IMG/VR virus record: IMGVR_UViG_3300021387_001066
Location: 1 to 64,000 of that record
DNA from: a virus
Lineage: Duplodnaviria > Caudoviricetes
Length of the DNA: 64,000 bases
Strand: one strand, 5' to 3'
The notes under the pieces were generated by a model. It did no database searches. It worked only from the letters and a program-made list of their open reading frames with translations, and was not told the origin of the DNA. Positions 1 through 8,823 of this stretch are shown piece after piece. Position 1 is the stretch's first letter; every line of letters begins with the position of its first letter. The position numbers were made by a program, and so were the translations under genes.

Positions 1-134
1 TATCTTGGTCAGGACTTGGTTGATAGGGATTTTGAGTATATGGTATATTCTTTTCAAGGCAAGGAATATGACATTGATAAGATGAAAGAAAGGTACATTG
101 AACTTACAAAACAATTACTTAAAGAATATGAGCT

Positions 135-461
135 ATGAGTAAGAAAGAAGAAAAAGCAAGAGAATATAGATTAAGAGCTGTTTTCAATACCGAAAGATAC
201 CTTGAAGGAGGTAGCAATATTGAGAGAGCTTATATAGCAGGTTGGGATGCTTGTGAAGCAGAATTTATTGAAATAATAAAGACAGCAGAAGACCATGCTT
301 ATTTTGCAGGCAGTGAAGCTATACGAGAGAAACTTATTGAAAAGGCTTGTAAGTGGTTAGAAGACAATCTATCCAAACAAACAAGTATCTTATATTCTGG
401 TATTGTACACATTAATTTCGATAATGTAATTACAGAATTTAGAAAAGCGATGGAGGAATGA
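135..461 (+). CDS. hypothetical phage protein
   Basis: 108-aa ORF in a tightly packed + strand run; AT-rich leader. Confidence 0.7.
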   Translation: MSKKEEKAREYRLRAVFNTERYLEGGSNIERAYIAGWDACEAEFIEIIKTAEDHAYFAGSEAIREKLIEKACKWLEDNLSKQTSILYSGIVHINFDNVITEFRKAMEE

Positions 462-463
462 CT

Positions 464-637
464 ATGGCATATGAAGAACATAATAAGTTAAAAGAACTAA
501 TTGAACAATTTGAAACATCTCTTGAAATGGATAATTCTATTGAAGCAAACACCATTGAAGAATTGGCAGATTTGGTAAATAATATGATGAATGATTATTT
601 AAATGAGATAACGAGGAGGAATGACCATGACAGTTGA
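464..637 (+). CDS. small acidic hypothetical protein (57 aa)
   Basis: ATG 464 to TGA 637 read by eye; fills the gap between two ORFs. Confidence 0.5.
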   Translation: MAYEEHNKLKELIEQFETSLEMDNSIEANTIEELADLVNNMMNDYLNEITRRNDHDS

Positions 638-2273
638 AGAAAAAGCGAGGGCTTACGATGAAGCTCTTGAAAGAGCAAGAGAAAGGTATGAAAAAGTTCC
701 AGATTCGGTTCTTGGGCTTAATCTTGTGGGAATCTTCCCAGAACTCAAACTCAAATATAGCGAGGATGAGAGGATAAAAAAAGAAATCATTCGTACTCTC
801 AAAGGAGAATTGAGATACACTTCACAAGAAGATACAGATAGATATGTTGCTTGGCTTGAAAAACAAAAAGATACTAATGTCTTAATTCAAGAAGCATCTG
901 AAAAAGCCTATACTGAAGGTATGCGAGTAGAAAGAAAACATTGGCTTGAAAAGCAAGGCAAAAAAGGCAAACTTACCCATGAGGACATTTGCAAGGCTTA
1001 TAACATACCTGATATAGGTGAGTTCTCTGATGGGTATCATACATTCAACGGCCTTTATAAGCAAAGAATGATATTGTTTGCCGTATTGGTTAAGACTTAT
1101 AAGGATAAGGCTTGGAAATCATGGAAACATGAAGACGGACTGGATTGCTTTGGTGGAGGTTGGTTTATTGTTGGAATTGACACTCCTGATGGTACATATA
1201 CCTATCACTATGAAGCAAAGGACTGGGATAGGTTTGATTGCCAGATTCTTGAAAAGGCAAAACATTGGGATGGGCATGATGAGTTTGATGTAGAAAGGCT
1301 ATTCTCTTTGGTTAGTAATGACAATAAAATTAAAGTACTTGAAAAGCAAAGTGAAAAGCCACAATGTAAAACTACACTTGAAGTATGGAAAGATATGCGT
1401 CTTGAAGTCTATCAGCAAGCAAGTGGCAACAGACACGAACCAAATTACTCTGATGATAGTACAAAGATGTTTTCGCTTACTGATATTGACGAAATATTTG
1501 ATAAAATTGCTGAAAAGCAAGGTGAGCAAAATCTTGCTAATTCTGAAAAAATTTGCAAAAGTGAACAAAAACCTACCGATAAGGTCGAACCAAAGTTTCA
1601 CGAAGGCGACTTTATAGTGGGCACTTACTGTCGAGGAAAGATTATCGCACTTACAGATGATGCCTACCTCTTAGACACAGGACAAGGTATTCCATTTTCA
1701 TGCAAGGATAATGTGCATCTTTGGACCATCCAAGATGCAAAGGATGGAGATGTGCTTGTCGATAAGTGTGGTAATATAGGTATTTATCAAGGGGATAAAA
1801 ATATAGTAACGTGGAACTCCTATTGTTATTGTGGTGTAAATAAAGTATTTTATGATGAAGGAAGTCATGAGTTTCCTTGTTACCCAGCTACCAAAGAACA
1901 GCGTGATACTCTGATGGAAGCAATGACTGATGCAGGTTATGTGTGGGATGCTGAGAATAAGAAGTTGAATAAGATTGAGCATAAATCTGTTTGGAGTGAA
2001 GAGGATGAGCATATGTTGAACGAAACAATTCAGCACCTTGAAGAACTTATTAGAATAGACAAAGCAAAACATCTTGGGTGTGATGTACAATATTATCAAC
2101 GTGATATTGATTGGCTCAAATCCCTCAAAGAAAGAGTACAACCTCAGAACACTTGGAAGCCAAGTAATGAACAGATGGAAGTTCTATTAAGTGAAGTGAC
2201 TGGTTGGAAAAAAGGTTGCCCTAAACAAATAGTATTGGAATCGCTCTATAACGACTTAAAGAAGCTAAAATAA
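621..2273 (+). CDS. mosaic accessory protein with WDGH-type domain and repeated LEKQ linkers
   Basis: 550-aa ORF; DGYHTFNGLY...GWFIVGIDTPDG..TYHY...HWDGH segment; four (W/V)LEKQ/AEKQ linkers; WKPSxEQM C-terminal module. Confidence 0.75.
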   Translation: MTMTVEEKARAYDEALERARERYEKVPDSVLGLNLVGIFPELKLKYSEDERIKKEIIRTLKGELRYTSQEDTDRYVAWLEKQKDTNVLIQEASEKAYTEGMRVERKHWLEKQGKKGKLTHEDICKAYNIPDIGEFSDGYHTFNGLYKQRMILFAVLVKTYKDKAWKSWKHEDGLDCFGGGWFIVGIDTPDGTYTYHYEAKDWDRFDCQILEKAKHWDGHDEFDVERLFSLVSNDNKIKVLEKQSEKPQCKTTLEVWKDMRLEVYQQASGNRHEPNYSDDSTKMFSLTDIDEIFDKIAEKQGEQNLANSEKICKSEQKPTDKVEPKFHEGDFIVGTYCRGKIIALTDDAYLLDTGQGIPFSCKDNVHLWTIQDAKDGDVLVDKCGNIGIYQGDKNIVTWNSYCYCGVNKVFYDEGSHEFPCYPATKEQRDTLMEAMTDAGYVWDAENKKLNKIEHKSVWSEEDEHMLNETIQHLEELIRIDKAKHLGCDVQYYQRDIDWLKSLKERVQPQNTWKPSNEQMEVLLSEVTGWKKGCPKQIVLESLYNDLKKLK

Positions 2274-2280
2274 TAAAGAT

Positions 2281-2688
2281 ATGGAAACAAGATATTGTAT
2301 TGAATACGTAAATCCAAGGCATCCATTGCGTGATGATGGAAGCATAAATATCAGATATGATAGAGTTTTAACATTGGAGCAAGCGGAACATGATTTAACG
2401 CTTATATTGTCATTTGGAGCAAAAATACTTGACCTTTATATGGGTAATGTTGTTGATGGAGAAATTGGTGAATGGAACCCAAAACCAATGATTATTGATG
2501 AAGATGCTTGGTTTACAATAGGCTGGTTGCAATCTCTCAAACAAAGAGTAGGATGGAAGCCAACCGAAGGGCAGATGAAAGCATTGCACGACTTAAATCT
2601 TACTGGAAATATATCCTACGTAGGACAAGGACAAACATTGATTGATTTATATAAAGATTTAAAGAAACTAAACGAAGAAAGAAAGTGA
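2281..2688 (+). CDS. hypothetical protein sharing its C-terminal WLxSLKxRV-WKP module with the upstream gene
   Basis: ORF track; direct comparison of the two C-termini. Confidence 0.7.
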   Translation: METRYCIEYVNPRHPLRDDGSINIRYDRVLTLEQAEHDLTLILSFGAKILDLYMGNVVDGEIGEWNPKPMIIDEDAWFTIGWLQSLKQRVGWKPTEGQMKALHDLNLTGNISYVGQGQTLIDLYKDLKKLNEERK

Positions 2689-2689
2689 T

Positions 2690-3010
2690 ATGGAAAACCT
2701 ATTAATTTTATATGTATCAAATCTCATATTAGATTACCCGTTGCAGGGTTCGTTTTTAGCTGAATATAAATCAAAGAATAATTACATTCTATTTGTACAT
2801 TGTGCTATATGGGCATTTGGACTTTCTGCAGTGTTAATGTTTCTTGGATTATTTGCATGGTGGAAAGTTGCCATGCTTTTTGTAGGACATTTTGTCATTG
2901 ATTATTGGAAATGCAGGGGCATTTATAAGAAATGGAATATTAAAGATTGGACTTCTTTATATATTGACCAGTTTCTTCATATTATTCAAGTATTATTGTG
3001 TTTAATTTAA
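2690..3010 (+). CDS. DUF3307-like membrane protein
   Basis: hydrophobic; LDYPLQ, GHFVIDYWK and DQFLH motifs. Confidence 0.65.
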   Translation: MENLLILYVSNLILDYPLQGSFLAEYKSKNNYILFVHCAIWAFGLSAVLMFLGLFAWWKVAMLFVGHFVIDYWKCRGIYKKWNIKDWTSLYIDQFLHIIQVLLCLI

Positions 3011-3015
3011 TTTGT

Positions 3016-3252
3016 ATGGAATGGTGGATTTATTTAAGTGGCACTATCATATCATTATTATGTTTTGTGTATTTATGTTATTGTAGTTGGAAAAATGGTT
3101 ATAACATAACGTTGGCTAATGTACTTACATATTTCTTTTTTATATTATCTTCTTGGTTTTCAATTTGTTTTGTAATTTCAAACATACTAATTACTAATAC
3201 ACTAATAAGAAAAATTAAAAGTAAAAAAACATTGACATGGGTAAATTATTAG
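3016..3252 (+). CDS. small membrane protein
   Basis: two hydrophobic segments and a basic tail; very AT-rich. Confidence 0.45.
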   Translation: MEWWIYLSGTIISLLCFVYLCYCSWKNGYNITLANVLTYFFFILSSWFSICFVISNILITNTLIRKIKSKKTLTWVNY

Positions 3253-3572
3253 AAGAATTAAAGCATTTCCTTTCTACGGCTACTCCAGAGCAATTAGAGC
3301 AAGCATGGAAGGAAGTGGAGCAGTTCAAAGATGTTGGGCCGACTATTACAGAATATATTGATAATATAAAAGAAATGGAAAATTTTGTTTATATCAAACC
3401 CATAGATAGGAGAGAATACAAGTTCAATTTACATCAAATTACGTATGTAGCAAAACTGTTAACAGAAGAAGGTAAACCATGCCTTAGAATTAGGACTTCA
3501 GATGGCCGTAGTTTCATATTTATCGAAGGCGAAGATATAGAAAATGTTGATAATGAATTTAACAAGTTCTGA
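3237..3572 (+). CDS. hypothetical protein
   Basis: ORF track; operon packing. Confidence 0.65.
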   Translation: MGKLLEELKHFLSTATPEQLEQAWKEVEQFKDVGPTITEYIDNIKEMENFVYIKPIDRREYKFNLHQITYVAKLLTEEGKPCLRIRTSDGRSFIFIEGEDIENVDNEFNKF

Positions 3573-3575
3573 GCC

Positions 3576-3950
3576 ATGGAAGAAATAAAAGAAGCATATT
3601 GCAGCTATGAAGTATCCAAGCTGCTGAAAGAGAAAGGGTTTGATGAACCCTGTGAATGTTTTTATGATTCCGAAAATAATGATGTTTTTATTGTAAATGG
3701 ATGGATGAATATATCAAATTCTGAATTAGAGGAAAGAGAATTTTTATGTTATTCTGCTCCAACTCATCAAATGGCTTGTGCATGGATTAGAAAGAAAGGT
3801 TATTCTGTAGAAGTTCATGTAACACCAGTAGGATGGCATTGGGAAGTATGTACAGTTGGTGGCACATTAATAGCAAGCAGCGGTGCATGTGACAACTATG
3901 ATAAATGTATGGAAAATGCTTTAATGTATACTTTAACTAATATAATATAA
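3576..3950 (+). CDS. hypothetical Bacteroidota-phage protein (EVSKLLKEKGF type)
   Basis: N-terminal YCSYEVSKLLKEKGFD and SAPTHQMACAWIR motifs resemble a recurrent phage family. Confidence 0.65.
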   Translation: MEEIKEAYCSYEVSKLLKEKGFDEPCECFYDSENNDVFIVNGWMNISNSELEEREFLCYSAPTHQMACAWIRKKGYSVEVHVTPVGWHWEVCTVGGTLIASSGACDNYDKCMENALMYTLTNII

Positions 3951-3952
3951 AT

Positions 3953-4111
3953 ATGAAAACAGCAGAAGAATTTCTAAATGAGCTTGAAAGCATAGATGCT
4001 TTTGAAGCAGAGCTTGATAAACTGATTGAAAAATACTCTCATTTACCAGTAGAAGATATTATAGATTCTTTAGAAAGTGTTATCAATAATTTACAGACTA
4101 AATCTAATTAA
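3953..4111 (+). CDS. small acidic hypothetical protein (52 aa)
   Basis: ATG 3953 to TAA 4111 read by eye; fills gap. Confidence 0.5.
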   Translation: MKTAEEFLNELESIDAFEAELDKLIEKYSHLPVEDIIDSLESVINNLQTKSN

Positions 4112-4117
4112 ACTGAT

Positions 4118-4426
4118 ATGGATGAACTTTATAAAGCTCTACAAAATCTTCCTAAAGAAGTAATAGAATACTACATATTAAAATTAATGTTAGAAGATAA
4201 AATCAGTTTTGCTGATATTGCTAAGACTCATGTTGAATACTTAGAAATACTTAAGAAAGGCCAAACAAAAGTACTTATGCTTCTTAGAAGTAAAGTAATA
4301 GATTTATGGTGTGGTACTAAGAAAGAATTACCTTCAAAACTTGTATCATTAATGCAAGAAGCTAAGGATAATGGTTGGGCTAATATTACTCAAGAGCAAA
4401 TAGATAACTCTAAATGGAATAGATGA
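4118..4426 (+). CDS. hypothetical protein
   Basis: ORF track. Confidence 0.65.
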   Translation: MDELYKALQNLPKEVIEYYILKLMLEDKISFADIAKTHVEYLEILKKGQTKVLMLLRSKVIDLWCGTKKELPSKLVSLMQEAKDNGWANITQEQIDNSKWNR

Positions 4427-4635
4427 TGAAAGAATATCACAACGAGGATATAGCAGCATGTACCTATGATGCTTGTCCTCTAAGGCTAGAGTGTCTTAGA
4501 TGGCAGCTTGGGACTAATAAAGACCCCTATCAGACATACTTTGATGGGAGTGAGTGTAAGGAGGAATATTTTATTAAGAAATGATACAGTTTCTAATAAT
4601 ACTGATAATAGCTAATTTAATTGGTAAAATCATAA

Positions 4636-4857
4636 ATGGAAAAGATTGAATATACTTTGACTTTTGCAGACAATGGAGTGGTAATCACACCAGAAGATGC
4701 TGCCTGCAGTGTGTATGAAGAAGAGGACAAAGGTAATAACCCAAAAGCTTGTAAGGCTATTGGAGAGGAGATATACAGTTATTTGCTTGAAGATATGATT
4801 AATGGTCCTCATTACAGATATAAGGTAACTATTAACATTAAACCATTAAAAGGATAA
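4636..4857 (+). CDS. hypothetical protein
   Basis: ORF track. Confidence 0.6.
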   Translation: MEKIEYTLTFADNGVVITPEDAACSVYEEEDKGNNPKACKAIGEEIYSYLLEDMINGPHYRYKVTINIKPLKG

Positions 4858-4862
4858 TCAAA

Positions 4863-5384
4863 ATGCAGATAAGTGATTTGCCAGAGTATCTTCAGAAAGA
4901 TGTTGCAAAGGCTCTTAATGAAAGTCCTAAGATGAAATCCCTAAGAGATAGAGAATCAGATGCAATAAGAAAAGGGAATTATGTGAGAGCGGCAGAGCTT
5001 AAAAAGTTTATAATCAAAATAGAAGATGATGTTGTGCAGAAGCTTCTGAAAGCCAATAAGTCAATGAAGGACATGTACAATGAGATGTCTGCAGAAGATA
5101 TATATTTGACTAAAGTAGCATGTAATACCATCATCATGTTGGCTGATATTATAGAATCAGAGGTAATGGACTTAAATCAGACTGTACACAAGTATGATTC
5201 TACTCATAAGATATACATGTATGATAAGTTCGTAGAGCTTGGTAAGGAGGCTAAGGCTCAAATGAAATATATGTCAGAGTGTACCAATGAGGCTTATCAA
5301 ATAGCTTTTGGGGATTATTCAGATGATCTCAGAGAGCTAATTCATAATAAAGTGAAGTCACTCCTTAGGAAACTGGATGCCTAA
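4863..5384 (+). CDS. hypothetical helical protein
   Basis: ORF track; 173 aa. Confidence 0.7.
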   Translation: MQISDLPEYLQKDVAKALNESPKMKSLRDRESDAIRKGNYVRAAELKKFIIKIEDDVVQKLLKANKSMKDMYNEMSAEDIYLTKVACNTIIMLADIIESEVMDLNQTVHKYDSTHKIYMYDKFVELGKEAKAQMKYMSECTNEAYQIAFGDYSDDLRELIHNKVKSLLRKLDA

Positions 5385-5424
5385 GTAGATTTCTTAGGTT
5401 ATTTTATTCTAAAAGCATAAGATT

Positions 5425-5432
5425 TATCTTTG
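5425..5432 (+). promoter_or_regulatory. Bacteroidota sigma-A -7 element (TATCTTTG) upstream of the tRNA/hairpin cluster
   Basis: matches TAnnTTTG; intergenic. Confidence 0.55.
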
Positions 5433-5474
5433 TTGAAGGATACGTTGAAATGATTCATATTTGAGTTAGTTTAC

Positions 5475-5790
5475 TCCCCACAGTTTGTGAAAATAGTGGG
5501 GATTTTATTACAAGGTCCCATAGTTCAGTGGATAGTAACAAAAGTTTCCTAAACTTTAGACCCAAGTTCGAGTCTTGGTGGGATCACAAGTTAAATATGT
5601 GTGTTGTTTGTTAGTTAAGATTGTTTTAGGATGATGGCTTTCAGGGTTTATTTAATTATTCTCAGTATCGTAAGACATTTTCTTTTTTCCTGAAAGCGAG
5701 ATTACTCATTGCCTGTGAAGGTGATTGTGTATAGTATTAAGTGTTTAACAAATAAATTGAGCTCCTCTGTTGTGAAATAGGGGAGCTTCT
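5475..5790 (+). repeat. three hairpins with T-GTGA-A loops (5475-5502, 5709-5724, 5760-5787); the last is terminator-like
   Basis: stems read directly; third is followed by TCTTTT. Confidence 0.6.
5514..5586 (+). tRNA. trnR-CCU: tRNA-Arg (anticodon CCT)
   Basis: acceptor GGTCCCA/TGGGATC; anticodon stem AAAGT/ACTTT with loop TTCCTAA; T arm CCAAG-TTCGAGT-CTTGG; CCA not encoded. Confidence 0.85.
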
Positions 5791-5842
5791 TTTGACAATT
5801 AACCATGCCTTAGGGCATATTAAATAATTAATCTTTTAAATA

Positions 5843-6139
5843 ATGAAGAATGTAAGAAGATGGACTGCAGAGGAAGATGACCTTCTGCTGCGTCAGGTTA
5901 AGGCTTTCCCTCAAAACCTCAGTAAATGTTTCTTGATTGTTGCAGAGCAAACTGGTAGAACAAAGCTTGCAGTAGGTGCCCATTGGTATGCAAAGGTATC
6001 CAAGGATCCAGCTAATATGTGTTTCTTTACTGCATCTCCAAAGCATGTGAGCAGCAATAGGAAGAATGGTATGGGAGTATCAAGTACTGCCAGTATTTGG
6101 AATAAGTTGGTTAAGATTATTCAAAACATTATTGGCTGA
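5843..6139 (+). CDS. Myb/SANT-like helix-turn-helix protein
   Basis: RRWTAEEDDLL...VAEQTGRT...V..HW pattern. Confidence 0.6.
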   Translation: MKNVRRWTAEEDDLLLRQVKAFPQNLSKCFLIVAEQTGRTKLAVGAHWYAKVSKDPANMCFFTASPKHVSSNRKNGMGVSSTASIWNKLVKIIQNIIG

Positions 6140-6331
6140 TATGGTACAGACTAAGGATATAAACCTGTTGCTCAGTAAATGGAAGAACAGGCTTAATGAC
6201 AGAGGTACATACAGTGCAGAGTATCTTGATGCACTAAGTGACTGTATCTATGAGCTGAGTAATGTGGTGGATGATGATTGTCAGAGTGCTCCTGACGATG
6301 AGAAATATGTTCAATTTTTATTCTATTGACT

Positions 6332-6499
6332 ATGACACTGGAAGAACTGATTGAATTATTACCTGCTGGTAAGTGTGATGACTATGATGTCTCAGTTGTT
6401 GCAGAGTATGATGACCATGACAACCCAATAGAGTATGATATTTTAGGTATTCGCATTGATAGGGCAGATAAGATTATTAAAATAGTTATTGATGCATGA
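6332..6499 (+). CDS. small acidic hypothetical protein
   Basis: ATG 6332 to TGA 6499; ATGA overlap with the helicase start. Confidence 0.5.
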   Translation: MTLEELIELLPAGKCDDYDVSVVAEYDDHDNPIEYDILGIRIDRADKIIKIVIDA

Positions 6500-7695
6500 C
6501 TAGGGAAGAAGTTTATAATGAGTGCTTAAAAGCTCTTGGTAAAAGCAACAGTATCTTACTTGAGCTGCCTACAGGGTATGGTAAATCCAAGCTTTCACTT
6601 GACATAGTAAATTATCTTGCTGCTTCTCCCTACTACAAGAATAGGAAGGTTACTATGCTTTTGCTGGTAGCCAAGAGAGTTCATAAGCAGACTTGGAGAG
6701 ATGAGATGGAGAAGTGGGGAGGAGTAAATGCAGATGTTACCATCGAGTGCTATGAATCCCTCAAGAAGTATCAAGGAAAGAAATTTGACATACTCCTGAT
6801 GGATGAAGTACATCATGTAGGTTCTGACCTCAGGCTTGAGCTATTCAGTACTGTAGGCTATGGCTATATGCTTGGTCTTAGTGCCACCATACCAAGAAAT
6901 CTCAAGCAGTATTTCAGGTATAAGTATCACTCTAAGGTTGTTTCATGTGATATCATTGAGGCTATAGAAGATGAGATACTTCCAGAGCCAGAGATAGTGC
7001 TGATGCCTCTTACCCTTGATAATACTGCTGCTACTGAGACTTTGGTACTCAATCCAAAAGTTTCTGGCCCTGCTGTGGAGATAGACTATAAGGACATCAG
7101 GAAGTATAAGTTTCAGAAGAAAGTAAAAGTCCTTGTAAAGTGTACCCCAAAGCAGAAACTAATGGAAATAAACTCTCAGATACTTAGCGAAAAGAATGCC
7201 TATATGAGAAAAAGGTCTAAAGCCTTGGAAACTATATGGCTTTATCATTGTGGCAAGAGACTAGAGTACCTGTCCTCTCTGAAGAATAATCTTGTGCTTA
7301 GTATTCTAAAGAAGTTGGATAGATATCGTACTATTACTTTCTGTAAGACTATTGAGCAGTGTGAGATTCTTGGTAAGAACTGCATTCATTCTAAGAATCT
7401 TAAATCTGATGATGTATATGAGAAGTTCAACCAGAAGAAACTAAGGCATATTACTGCTGTGAACATTCTTAATGAGAATGCAAACCTTGTAGATTGTAAG
7501 TATGCGATCTTTGCTAATATGCCTGCTTCAGAGGTTGTACAGGTCCAGAGAATAGGTAGATCATTAAGACATAAGTCACCTGTTATCATTATGCCTTACT
7601 ATACAGGCACAAGAGAAGAGGAGCTTATAGAGAAGGTTACCGAAGGATTTGACAAGAAGTATATAAGAACTATTCATTCAGTAGAGGAGATTTGA
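6496..7695 (+). CDS. superfamily II (DExH) helicase
   Basis: LPTGYGKS (Walker A), DEVHH, LSAT, QRIGRSLR. Confidence 0.9.
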   Translation: MTREEVYNECLKALGKSNSILLELPTGYGKSKLSLDIVNYLAASPYYKNRKVTMLLLVAKRVHKQTWRDEMEKWGGVNADVTIECYESLKKYQGKKFDILLMDEVHHVGSDLRLELFSTVGYGYMLGLSATIPRNLKQYFRYKYHSKVVSCDIIEAIEDEILPEPEIVLMPLTLDNTAATETLVLNPKVSGPAVEIDYKDIRKYKFQKKVKVLVKCTPKQKLMEINSQILSEKNAYMRKRSKALETIWLYHCGKRLEYLSSLKNNLVLSILKKLDRYRTITFCKTIEQCEILGKNCIHSKNLKSDDVYEKFNQKKLRHITAVNILNENANLVDCKYAIFANMPASEVVQVQRIGRSLRHKSPVIIMPYYTGTREEELIEKVTEGFDKKYIRTIHSVEEI

Positions 7696-7854
7696 TATGT
7701 CATTGGTATTTAAGATTTTGGGAGTGTTGGTGTTGGTACTAATAGGCTTATTTGTACTAACAATTACGATTGGATACTTCATACAGTTCATTATATCCCT
7801 CAGCAAGGAGAATGAAATGTATGATGGCTATGATGACTTTTATGATTAGGAACT

Positions 7855-8481
7855 ATGAAGTTTACTATTGATGATAAGGCCTGCAGAAAACATAAAATGA
7901 CTGCAGAAGAGTTTCTGATAGCTCTTGCAGTCAGGCAGGCCGATGATTTGAAAAAGACTCTAGACAATCTTCTCAAGAGGGAAGTGCTGGTATTTAAGGA
8001 TGGCAAATACTATGTTACACAACATTGGTCTGAAGTTATTGATGAGATTTTGTGCGATTCTTCTGGAAAGATAGAAAAGACTGATGATGAACTGCTGGCA
8101 TTAGCGATTAGAATTCAAGAGTGTTTCCCCAAACAGAAGATGAGAGATAGGTTTGGAAGAGAGACTGCTTTCTATTATAGATGTAATAAGACTGAAATCA
8201 AAGGAGCGTTGAAAAGATTTTATGAGAATAGTTCTTATAACAATGTCACCGATGATGATATAATAGATGCTACTAAAAGGTATGTAGCTTCATTTAATGG
8301 TAACTATAATGGAAAGATGCGTCTTGCAAAGTATTTTATTTGGAAAAATGATGTTAAGCCTAAAGGAGATGGCACTGGATATGTAGAGCCAGTATCTGAT
8401 TTAGAAACTTTCCTTGAAAATAAGGAGGAAGGACAGCGGGTTGTTACCACTTCTGATGATTGGTTTACAAAAATGATTTGA
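7855..8481 (+). CDS. putative replication initiator/helicase loader-like protein
   Basis: possible N-terminal wHTH; lies upstream of the DnaB-like gene; function inferred from position. Confidence 0.35.
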   Translation: MKFTIDDKACRKHKMTAEEFLIALAVRQADDLKKTLDNLLKREVLVFKDGKYYVTQHWSEVIDEILCDSSGKIEKTDDELLALAIRIQECFPKQKMRDRFGRETAFYYRCNKTEIKGALKRFYENSSYNNVTDDDIIDATKRYVASFNGNYNGKMRLAKYFIWKNDVKPKGDGTGYVEPVSDLETFLENKEEGQRVVTTSDDWFTKMI

Positions 8482-8483
8482 AT

Positions 8484-8822
8484 ATGGGAAATAGGCTACA
8501 TGTAGCAAAGAAATATGAAGTAGATTATGCCAATTTAGAGTATTTTAACTGGCAGATCTATGAACTACATGATTTTCTCTATTGTCTTGGTATAGACAAT
8601 AGTGATATGTATGATGAGGAATTTGAAGAGTCTAAGAAGAAATGGAAAGAAGGCATAGAAAAACTTAAGACGATAGATTCTCTTGATGAAGGGGAAAAAG
8701 AGGATATTCTTGAAAGTCTTGAGCCTCTTGGGTACTCTGTAGAAAAAATGATAGAAATCATGCAGAAATATCTTGATGCTTCTGATCCAAACAATGATTA
8801 CATGCATTTTTTATTCTATTGA
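8484..8822 (+). CDS. acidic hypothetical protein
   Basis: in-frame ATG at 8484 within the track ORF. Confidence 0.6.
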   Translation: MGNRLHVAKKYEVDYANLEYFNWQIYELHDFLYCLGIDNSDMYDEEFEESKKKWKEGIEKLKTIDSLDEGEKEDILESLEPLGYSVEKMIEIMQKYLDASDPNNDYMHFLFY

Positions 8823-8823
8823 T

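Noticed and set aside
5433-5800. CRISPR mini-array
   Set aside because: The hairpins share only the TGTGAA core. There are no identical direct repeats or regular spacing, and no cas genes.
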